The translations under genes were made by a program, and so were the position numbers. A DNA stretch of 64,000 nucleotides from Octopus sinensis (taxonomy: Eukaryota): contig NC_043018.1 of the NCBI RefSeq assembly GCF_006345805.1, positions 26,908,001 through 26,972,000 of the forward strand, written 5' to 3'. Numbering within the stretch: the stretch's first letter is position 1; each line of letters starts with the position of its first letter. The notes beneath the pieces are model-generated. The model did not search any database and had not been told where the DNA came from. It saw only the letters and a list, made by a program, of their open reading frames with translations. Below are positions 25,777-36,745 of this stretch, in pieces.

Positions 25777-26030
25777 GTGTATGCTGTGGTTTGCTGTCAA
25801 TAAATACTGCAGGGCTCCGTACATTGATTTGCCTGGAGGTTTCTCTGGCCTAGGGGCCCAGTTCTGATGTGTATGCTGTTATTTGCTGTCAAATACTATA
25901 GGGCCGCGTGCATTGATTTTCCTGGAGGCTTCTCGGGTCTAGGGGCCCAGTTCTGATCTATATATGCTGTGGTTTGCTGTCAATAAATACTACAGAGCTG
26001 GGAGCATTGATTTTCCTGGAGGCCTCTCTG
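25777..26030. repeat. ~91-bp tandem repeat, 3 copies (partial 4th after the SINE at ~26373)
   Basis: Unit tatgctgtggtttgctgtcaataaatactacagggc...cattgattttcctggagg...ctaggggcccagttctgat. Confidence 0.85.
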
Positions 26031-26372
26031 GTCTTTAATCGAGCAACTCGACCCCGCTACTTATTCTTTGTAAGCTCAGTACTTATTCTATCGGTATCTT
26101 TTGCCGAACCGCTAAGTGACGGGGATATAAACACACCAGCATCGGTTGTCAAGCAATGCTAGGGGGACAAACACAGACACGCAAACACATATATATATAT
26201 ACATATATACGACAGGCTTCTTTCAATTTCCGTCTACCAGATCCACTCACAAGGCTTTGGTCGGCCCGAGGCTATAGTAGAAGACACTTGCCCAAGGTGT
26301 CACGCAGTGGGACTGAACCCGGAACCATGTGGTTGGTAAGCAAGCTACTTACCACACAGCCACTCCTGCGCC
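26031..26372 (-). mobile_element. SINE family 2
   Basis: Reverse match to 10102-10512. Confidence 0.85.
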
Positions 26373-26685
26373 TGTGTATGTTGTGTTGCTTTCAATAATA
26401 AATACTATAGGGCCCCTTGCATAGATATTTTGCTCCTCGGTCTATCATGCTACTAAAACGTCCCTGAGTAACAAATTTAGGAGTGACGAGTTAATCGATT
26501 ATATCCACACTAATAACTGACTGGTACTTAAATTTATCGACCGTTGAGGAATAGAAGGCACAGTTAACTTTGGCAGGATTTGAACTGAGAATATCGTCAC
26601 GACAAAATGATTGGAAGGTATTTTCTCTCACCGTTTTGGCAATCCAGCACCTTAATGTTTCTCGGTGTAGAATTTGAACTGATAT

Positions 26686-26988
26686 CTATTTCTTTACTAC
26701 CCACAAGGGGCTAAACACAGAGAGGACAAACAAGGACAGACAAACGGATAAAGTCGATTATATCTGTTTTTTTATTACCCACAAGGGGCTACACACAGAG
26801 GGGACAAACAAGGACAGACAAACGATTTAAGTCGATTACATCGACCCCAGTGCGTAACTGGTACTTAATTTATCGACCCCGGAAGGATGAAAGGCAAAGT
26901 CGACCTCGGTGGAATTTGAACTCAGAACGTAACGGCAGACGAAATACGGCTACGCATTTCGCCCGGCGTGCTAACGTTTCTGCCAGCT
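26686..26988 (-). mobile_element. SINE family 1 with duplicated 3' tail
   Basis: Two successive cccacaaggggct..acacagag..gacaaacaaggacagacaaacg tails. Confidence 0.85.
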
Positions 26989-27228
26989 AAGGATGGAACA
27001 AATAACGAAAGAAATTTGGTTAAGTGTTCTGATGACTCTTACAATCCGCCGCCTGATATATTTGTCACATGATGCTTTACGAAAGACACGGGCAACCATT
27101 TTTGAGAACCGAACCGCATGAGGCATGATTCATTATCAGGCGTACCGCACTACTACTACTACTACTACTACTACTACCTAATCTACAAAATAAATAGAAT
27201 ATTGTATATTTTATGCATGGTAAATAGA

Positions 27229-27400
27229 GGGATCTTTTCAGTTTGAAGGCCAGATTTTCTTAGTTAACTAAACAATTTGAAACTTCGTATACTGGTAGAA
27301 TGTGTCAAAAGAAAACATAATTGTAACCCAAAATGAAAACGGAATTGTAATTTCTAAGTTTAACGTTGTTTAATAATTCGAATTTTAACCAATGGTATTC
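27229..27400. mobile_element. Single arm of a GGATC-family MITE
   Basis: ggatcttttcagtttgaaggc...aaacttcgtatactggtagaatgtgtc. Confidence 0.65.
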
Positions 27401-28409
27401 TTTCTTTCGACCTCATATTATTTACTGCCTCTCAAAATATTGTTACTGTGACGTAAACAGCTATTTTGTGACGTAGTTAACGTAAACATGTAAACAGACC
27501 TACAGATTCGTTTGTGACGTAAACATCCGCTCATCGTAAATAGCTAAATTCGCTTGGCATCGTACACAGCTTTTTCAGTTCCCTAGAATTATATTTGAAA
27601 GAATATAAAAAGAAAAAGATTCATACGCATAAATATCCATCCTTAGACATCAGAAAATGAGTGTTTAAATTATTTTCCATTGTTTGCATTGCTTACACGC
27701 ACACACATACATACATTCACACATACTAAAATTACATCGTTGGAGCAGTAATTTATTTATGTATTTTTTGTTATACAATTTATTTTAAAGCTGAATCCCT
27801 ATCCTGCCATTAACCCCTTTCTTATAAAATAGTTGAAGAATCTGGGGTGTAGGAATTGGGCCAGTATTGGAACTTTTAACTTCTTGCTCTCTATCTTATG
27901 ATCTCCGAAATTTAAGAATCTTGTGTTAACTCGGCTCTTATTATTTACTCTGACTCTGCCACCACCTCAATGCAAAGACTATCAATATCAGAATCATCTT
28001 CACAACCACCACTACAACCATTACTACAACCTCGAATGCCACCACCACAACCATCTTCTGCAACCACAACCCCAAGATCAATACCAGCATCATATTCAAA
28101 ATCACCAATTTCACCACCACTACACTCTGCAATGTCTTCAACTCTACCATCCATGAGACATCCTAACATAATCAATGCTACTACTACTATCATCATCATT
28201 ATCATCATCATCCACTGCCGCCACCACCACCACCACCTCTACAAAAACACCAACACTATAATTTCTGCCATCATACACATCCACTGTCACCACTACACCA
28301 CCACTGCCATGATAACCACATCTACCACCTCCAACACCATTGCCACAACTATCTATGAGACATCCTAAGTTAGTAACTACTTTCACTTTCTAGTTGCTCT
28401 TTGAGTTTA

Positions 28410-28807
28410 TCCTTATATATAAAAGAGAGGTTGTGTGTCTGTCTCCTACGATTTAGATTCCTAACTACTCCCACATTTTGCGGTGCAGTTTAACCAAAAC
28501 CGGGTATCTTATAGTCGTGATTCATATCGAGCCCTTCTGGGTATTAGCGCGCGTCTACGATGAATCTACGATTAAAAAAAAATTACCATCATTTGTTTCC
28601 ATTTTAATGCATTTTTTCGATATTATATAAGGGAAGTAACTCTCTAAAAATGTCTACGACGAGTCAACGATTTAAAAAGAAAATTTACCATCATTGTTTT
28701 TCCATTTTTAATGCATTTTTTTTGCTATTTTTTGGCTATAACTCTCTAAAAATGCTTATATAGTTATTTCCCTTACAAACCCGAGCAACGCCGGGCGATA
28801 CTGCTAG
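28410..28807 (+). mobile_element. Non-autonomous Helitron
   Basis: A|TC start, subterminal hairpin cccgagcaacgccggg, CTAG|T end, no TSD. Confidence 0.88.
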
Positions 28808-29869
28808 TTATATCTAATCTATCTCTCTAAAAGATGCAAAGCAAGTAGCATTGAATGGTGAATGGATGTGAGCAGAAAGAGAGTAAGTTCCATTCCAGTT
28901 TACAACAATTATAGAATTATTCTCAAACCATAAATGAAGGGTGGAGAGGAGTGAAGGAGGAGTCATGTTTCCTCTGAGGGGTTACAGAAGTAATAAGCAC
29001 TGAAAAGTGGAGTTTGCGTTATTATTTTTATTTCATAGTTTACAATTATTTCTACAAATTCATTTTGACTTATCTTCAATCATGTTTATAAACGTGACCG
29101 CTGTGCCGTCCACTATAAACATTGATTAATGTCCTATGTTTAAGCGATATTATTTTTTGTAGAGAGTTGCGAGGGATCATTTCTATGAACGGGGTATCTG
29201 TACAACGGATATGACTACAACATTAATTGTGGAGTCGTTTAAAAACACGATGCAAGATTAAGTCAACATGGAATTTTTGAAACAATCATAAATTGTTCTA
29301 TATTTTAGAGATGAGGAATTCTGTACAATATTTACATTGGACGGATATTTGTCCTCATCTTGTTTGTTGCTACCACAAAATTTCGGCTTCATCAGGTGTC
29401 CTGGTAGAATTTTGAATCCAACCCTAGGTTCTAAGGTGCACGCAGTGTGAATTAACCCGAAACTATGTGGCTGGTATGGCCGGTCAGGGAGTCACCTTTG
29501 CTTTCGCGCCTTTTACGTTCTTAGCCGTGGGAGACGTCTATATTGCTAAGAGTATAAAAAGTGTGAAACCAATGGTAACGTCCTGACTGGTCGTAAACCA
29601 CAACTACATTAGATATTACTACGATATATCTAAAAAAAACATTTACTTGTCTCAGTCATTCGACATATTCTATCGGTTAATTTCGTCGAACTTCTAAGTT
29701 GCGGGGATGGAAAGGAAGTCAACAAGCGGTTGTCTGGGACAAGCACGAAGCTAGCCCCCTCCGGCCCACAAACACGTATATACGACGGGCTTTTTTCAGT
29801 TTCCATCGTCCAAATCTATTTGACCTAGTGACCAGGCAGCAAACTTCTTGTCACACAGTCACTCCTACG

Positions 29870-29955
<86 letters not shown>

Positions 29956-30602
29956 CACGTCCCCGTAGCTTAGCGTTTTGGAAAAAGAAACCGATAGAAT
30001 AAGTGCTAGGGTTCCAAAGAGTAAGTCCTGGGGTCGATTTCTATAACTAAAAAACCTTCAAACTCTGCTTGTTGTTCTTTCACCTGTCTTCGTCGTTTGT
30101 TTTCTGTAAATTTGAACTACACACACACGCGCGCGCGCGCACACACGCACACACACACGCACGCACACATACACACGCACACACACATATATATATAGGT
30201 AAAAGATTAATGAGTGCGTGCGTTACATAAATAATATCTTCAGGATTAAATAAAAAGACAACAAACGGAAAATATGACATATCTATATATATATAATTAA
30301 AAATAAACGTATTGTAAATAAACAAACGAACACATACTAAATGCACAGGCGAACAGGAAACACACAAGGTCACAAATTCTTCATCAGTTATCAGCAAGAG
30401 GAGTCAAACGCAATTTCGGGCATTATCGATACTATTGTTTCTTTCGCTGTTCGCAAAAAAGTTCGTATTCCATATTTTCGTATTTCGTATTTCCTGTTGT
30501 TTACCTTCTGTGACGTCCTGAACCCATATATGCATATGTATATACATATATATGTAAGTATATACATACACACATACATACATACATACATACATACATA
30601 CA

Positions 30603-30674
<72 letters not shown>

Positions 30675-31571
30675 TATCTATAAACATTACAATTGTTTCG
30701 ACACATTTTTACACTTGTTCATTGGTGAGATGTTGTGTAATCATTATCACCAATTCAAGGTGTGAAATGCACCTTCTTTGAGTAAGACTTTATACGAGCT
30801 TTATATAGCATACCACAAGGGTTTTACCCGTATATTTACTCGCGTATGTGTGTATATGTATAAAAGCGGAGCAAGAGTACACACGAAGACAGAAAGTGTC
30901 GCTGAAGAGTTCACAGAGGTGTGACGAAAGATTTCCGGACGATAACATAAATTAGAATAAGAACAGTAAAAATTGAGTGAAAAGGGAATTATATAGTGCG
31001 CCTGTTTATTTGGCAAAAAGAGGGAAAAAATAACTATCTCGAAATACAACAATATCTGTTTCAACGCACGGTTTCACATCAAGAATCTTGCAGCACACAT
31101 ATATAAAAGGATATATTTACAGAAAACAACAAAAGACGAAGACAGGTGCAGGAATAACAAGCAGGTGCATTAGTTTGACTGAATATATATAGAGAATACC
31201 AAACGAGTTCCCTATGGATACCGTATTTATTACAACGAGTGGCTTGTAAACGAGTTGTAATAAATACGGTATCCATAGGGAATGAGTTTGGTATTTTATT
31301 TATTACACACGAATAAACGACCATATTTTATTAACCCAATAACTAAATTCTTCACGTTTAGTTGTAACTTATGAATGACAAAAGTAGTGCCGTCACCGTG
31401 ACCTCGGGTCATCACCATGGATTGACCAATCAGAAGCAGCGCTCGCAGTATCTGACATATGTTAGATACCAAAAATATCTCAAAGTGTTCTCACTCACAT
31501 GTGTGTAATAAATATATATATATATATTTAGTGTAGGAAGAAACGAAGATTTAACAAAATTCCTTTTTATT

Positions 31572-31657
31572 ATTTTCTACATATGTTTCAAAGGCTGCAA
31601 AGTCCCTAATTCGGATTGAATAAGGAGTCCATTTTGCAGCCTTCTCTTCAGGAAAAT
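31572..31657 (-). ncRNA. Minimal type I hammerhead ribozyme motif (Penelope-like relic)
   Basis: Minus strand: attttc CTGAAGA gaaggctgcaa..ttgcagccttt GAAA catatg TA gaaaat. Confidence 0.7.
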
Positions 31658-32049
31658 CCAGGAACTTAATTCTCCAACAAAATGCACAGCAGGCTTTTCA
31701 CAAACGCTCACGAGGAGCCCATGGAATAAATGGCACAAACTGTCTATCTATATGCGTTGACGCCAGGCTGGGTGAAAGCAGACGAGAATGTCCGTTAAGA
31801 TAGTTCAAGGTCAGAATCCGGTTAGGAGAAGGGGGGTACAGGAAAATCAAAGAGTGTGAATGTATTCTGTATGACTGGTGTTTATATTTGAATTATTTTA
31901 AGAATGAGTGCTAGAGTGTTTGAGTGTGAGAAATTGCTTTCATGTATGTGTGTGTGCGTCTATGTATGTGTGGCAGTGTGTTTCGAAGGCAGCAAGAGAG
32001 AGATATATAGCAGGTATTAATGGTCAAGCAACAGAAAAGACTGTATATA

Positions 32050-32234
32050 TATATATATAAATTAGAAAAAAAACACCTTTTATCAATTCATGATATATAC
32101 GATTTATTTATTATTTTGCACATTACTTAATCATCGGTATATTATTATTTTATATTTAATATTTCTATTATATGTAATTTTCTAGATGGTGTAATTTAAT
32201 TGTTCATTTTGAATTGATAAAAGGTGTTTTTTTC

Positions 32235-32250
<16 letters not shown>
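32050..32250. repeat. Short fold-back (inverted) repeat within AT microsatellites
   Basis: attagaaaaaaaacaccttttatcaattca / tgaattgataaaaggtgtttttttctaat. Confidence 0.75.
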
Positions 32251-32312
<62 letters not shown>

Positions 32313-32391
32313 TTCGTGAAATTTGAATTAGTATTTCTAAATTGAATTTTTCCCTGTAAGTTATGTATAATATTCCCTCAAATTTTAATAT

Positions 32392-32433
<42 letters not shown>

Positions 32434-32489
32434 TGTATATATATATATATAGATATATATATATATATATATATAATATATATATACTA

Positions 32490-32553
<64 letters not shown>

Positions 32554-32559
32554 TGTATA

Positions 32560-32610
<51 letters not shown>

Positions 32611-32618
32611 TATATATA

Positions 32619-32662
<44 letters not shown>

Positions 32663-32668
<6 letters not shown>

Positions 32669-32728
32669 CAATTGATGACGGTAAAGCTTATCTAAAGCAG
32701 AACCAGAAATCCTTGGATCTTGAATTAT
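32663..32728 (+). ncRNA. Hammerhead-like motif (U3 variant)
   Basis: ataattcaa TTGATGA cggt..acca GAAA tccttgga TC ttgaattat; 9-bp stem I. Confidence 0.55.
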
Positions 32729-32951
32729 TCAATAATTTTTGCTTGTATGTTTTGTCCCTCCGCTTTACCTCATGGTGCGATATGAACATTTAACGTGGTA
32801 CTATAGTCACTGTTTCGACTGCTATTTCGGCATGTTGGTGTCTTTTAGACACCCTCATTTTTAATTGTTAAAAAATTTTTTACCTTTGTAAGGTATTTCT
32901 TTCATGCTGGCCACTTGATAATTTCGACACTTAGATATCGATATTATCCTC

Positions 32952-32997
<46 letters not shown>

Positions 32998-33005
32998 TGT
33001 ATATA

Positions 33006-33102
<97 letters not shown>

Positions 33103-33142
33103 TGTATATATATGTGTATGTGTGTGTATATATATATATATA

Positions 33143-33536
33143 TCTTTATATATAAAAGTGAAGTTGTGTGTCTGTCTCCTACGATTTAGATTCCTAACTA
33201 CTCCCTCATTTTGCGGTGCAGTGTAACCAAAAGCGGGTATCTTATAGTCGTGATTCATATCGAGCCTTCTGGGTATTAGCGCACGTCTACGATGAGTTTA
33301 CGATTAAAAAAAAAAATTACCATAATTTTTTCCGCATTTTTAATGCCTTTTCGCTCGGTTATATAAGGGAAGTAACTCTCTAAAAATGTATTATTAATCT
33401 CAGAATGTAAAAATCTACAGTAACACTCCCCCTTTGTGGTTAGCCATATTGAGATGGCTATTATACTTTACATCTCTAAAAATGCTTATATAGTTATTTC
33501 CCTTACAACCCGAGCAACGCCGGGCGACACTGCTAG
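33143..33536 (+). mobile_element. Non-autonomous Helitron, same family as 28410-28807
   Basis: A|TC start, same body, cccgagcaacgccggg hairpin, CTAG end. Confidence 0.85.
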
Positions 33537-34238
33537 ATATATATATATATATATATATACTCTTTTATTCTTTTATTTGTTACAGTCATTTGACTTTGGC
33601 CATGCTGAGCACTGCCTTTAGTCGAGCAAATCGACTCTAGGGATTATTCTTTGTAAGCCTAGTACTTATTCTATCGGTCTGTTTTGCCACACACACACAC
33701 ATACATATACACACACACACTACATATATACACATACGCACACACACTCACACACGTATACACACATACATCTTGTTGATTCTTGGGAGCGTCATTATGC
33801 CAATAACGATATGGTTACACATCTGACAACTTCGTAATCGATCGTTTGTTTGGTTAAACAATCAAGTTTATTTCTTTCGTAAAGTCCGTGAAGTCCGTTC
33901 GCTATTTTTCGCGACCTTTTCAATAGCTGGTCCTTTCTCTTCAACGTCTGCCCTGAAATTTGGCCGCGAATTAATCTTATGTCTGCGTGCATGCATGCCT
34001 TTCTATGTGTGTGTAGATGTGTGTTTGCTTAGAAGAATAAGGGTGAGAGGAAAGGAGATTATGTGCGTGCGTGCGAGTGTGTATGTGTGGTGTGTGCGTG
34101 CGTATGTGTGTGGGTTGTGTACACTCGTGTGACTACTTGCATGTGTATGTGTACGTGTGTGTTAGTGTGTGTAGCCATCCATGACTAGGTATGTGTATGT
34201 ATAACTGTGTCTAATACGCACATAGATTTATATGCAAG

Positions 34239-34465
34239 AGGCGGCGAGCTGGCAGAAGCGTTAGCACGCCGGGCGAAATGCTTAGCAGTATTTCGTCTAC
34301 GTTCTGAGTTCAAATTCCGCCGAGGTTGACTTTGCCTTTCATCCTCTCGGGGTCGATAAATAAAGTACCAGTTTCGCACTGGGTCGATGTAATCGACTTA
34401 ATCCGTTTGTCTGTCCTTGTTTGTTCCCTCTATGTTTAGCCCCTTGTGGGTAGCAAAAGAAATAT
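34239..34465 (+). mobile_element. SINE family 1, full length
   Basis: ggcggcgagctggcag head to gccccttgtgggtagcaaaagaaata tail. Confidence 0.88.
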
Positions 34466-34680
34466 ATATCATGTATATATGTGAATAGAAGCAGGCGTGA
34501 CTGAGCGGGTGTTTCTACTATAGCCCTGGGTCGACTAAACCCTTGTGAGTAGATTTGATTGACGGAATCTGAAAAAGCTTGTCATATATGTGTTTATCAA
34601 TATTTAGCAGAAGCAACAGAGTGACTCGGGGGGCGAGAGTTTCGTTCATTGACACTTGTCAAACTACACACAGACACACA

Positions 34681-34730
<50 letters not shown>

Positions 34731-35109
34731 ACACATACATATGCATGAGTGGCTGTGTGTAAGTAGCCTGCTTACCACTACATGTTTCTGGGTTCAGCCC
34801 CATTACGCGACGCCTTGGTCTTCTACTAGAGCCTCAGGCCAACCAAAGCCTTGTGCGTGAATTTGGTAGACGGAAACTGTGTGTGTGTTTGTGTTTGTGC
34901 CCCCGATGGTGGCAAGTATATACATAATATTATTGTTCTTTCTTGCGAATATATAGAATTACTTTAAAGAAGTGTTCGGGTCGAAACAAGTAAAAGAATA
35001 AAAGAAAGAAATGAAAGAATATATATATATAATATATATATGTACATTTTTACTTTTATATACATATTTATATTTATTGCATATCTTTTACTTTTATATT
35101 TATATATAA

Positions 35110-36375
35110 CTAGCAGAGATACCCGGCGTTACCCGATTACATTCAATTGGAGAATTAGACTTTTCTGTTATATCTTCTGTGATGAACTGGAATATCTATG
35201 TTTCGAATTTCATCAAAATTGCAGATGAGGGTTATTTCAATCTTTACACACCCTAAAAAATTGTAATCGTGCCACATGTATCCCATAATCCTGATTTTTA
35301 TGCGCATATTCCAAAATTCCAGTCTTATTTAACTTGTTAAAAAGATTTTGTTCCTGAAAAATGAAGGTCATGGAGCTCTAAAATGTGAGAGTTAAGGCTC
35401 CTGTTGGGGGTAGGCATCTTAATGTCAACCAGAGAAGTTGAATTGTTGAAAATCTTTTTAACTTGGGTCTTATATCTATTGTTTGAATTTCTTTGAAATA
35501 GGAAATATATGTTCACTGGGTTTGTAAAAGAGAGCAAAGCTACAGAAACCAAACGAATGAATCACAATAAGCAGTCAGTTACCCTACCCTAGTCGTTACC
35601 ACTCCTAATGTAGGATTCCTCACCATCCAGGTGACAGGCACAGCCGTAAGATGCATTACAAATCTATAGCAATTGGAAGGGTAATCTATAGCAACTGTTT
35701 GACGTGAGAGCTAAGGAGAAATGAAAGTGTCACCTCTGTAGTTTGCAAATGACCACTATACTGATACGTAACTGGACAGAATAAATTTAAAATCTATAAA
35801 TGTCTTCGAATAACCAGTCACTCATCTGGGAAGGCCTTGAAATCAATGTTACCATCTGGGGACTATGTGTGACCGAGTGATAATAAAAGACTGAAACGAG
35901 GTCTGCAATCAAATAAATTTTACTCTACACTTTGCAACTGAATCAGTGGAGGCAAAGATGCCTCTCATTTACTTGACAATTTATGCAGTGTGTATGTCAA
36001 AGCAAACTTACACTGTTGTACCATTGAATTACAATAATGCTCATCTTTTATGCTCGGGTACCCTACAGCTTCCAAGAGCACAACTGTATTCATTTTTGCT
36101 TAGATAAAATGACAAATTGTAGTTGTTAAGTCCCCATGGAGGGGTCTTTCTAACTTTGTAAGATGAAATTTATAGAATATTACTTCATTTGTGTCTAATG
36201 TCTATGGTTAAAATTTCATCAACAGCAAAAATATATGAATTGTCATGGGTGTTATGGCCCTTATGCATAGAATATAATTTCCAAATTTCATAAAGATCCA
36301 TTCAGTACTTTTGACCAAGTTTTGATCATAAAAGAAATTACTAAAATTTGGATTTAAGGCTCCCATTAGGGTGTT
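35110..36375 (-). mobile_element. Probable decayed non-autonomous Helitron
   Basis: Left end actagcagagatacccggcgttacccg is a reversed hairpin plus CTAG end; right boundary uncertain. Confidence 0.45.
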
Positions 36376-36400
36376 ATATATATATATATATATTTATATA

Positions 36401-36460
<60 letters not shown>

Positions 36461-36745
36461 ACACACATGCACACATACAAAGATAAATTGATAGATACAA
36501 CTGAGTGAGCAAACAAAAATATGAGACACAGCCTAGTGCTTTTTTATGTTGATAAGCCTAGTACTTACTCTATTAGTTTGTTCTTGTGAAACCAGTAAGT
36601 TATGTGGATGTAAATAAGTGAACAGCAGTTGTGAAGCAGTGATGAGGGCGAAACACAGAGACAAAGACACACACATACACTTACATATATATATACATAT
36701 AATACGATTTATTTGTTACAGTTCCTGTCTACGAAATCCTATATA

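Noticed and set aside
27923-28386. His/Thr/Pro-rich ORFs (also 11200-11550)
   Set aside because: Degenerate CAC/CAT/TAC trinucleotide repeats.
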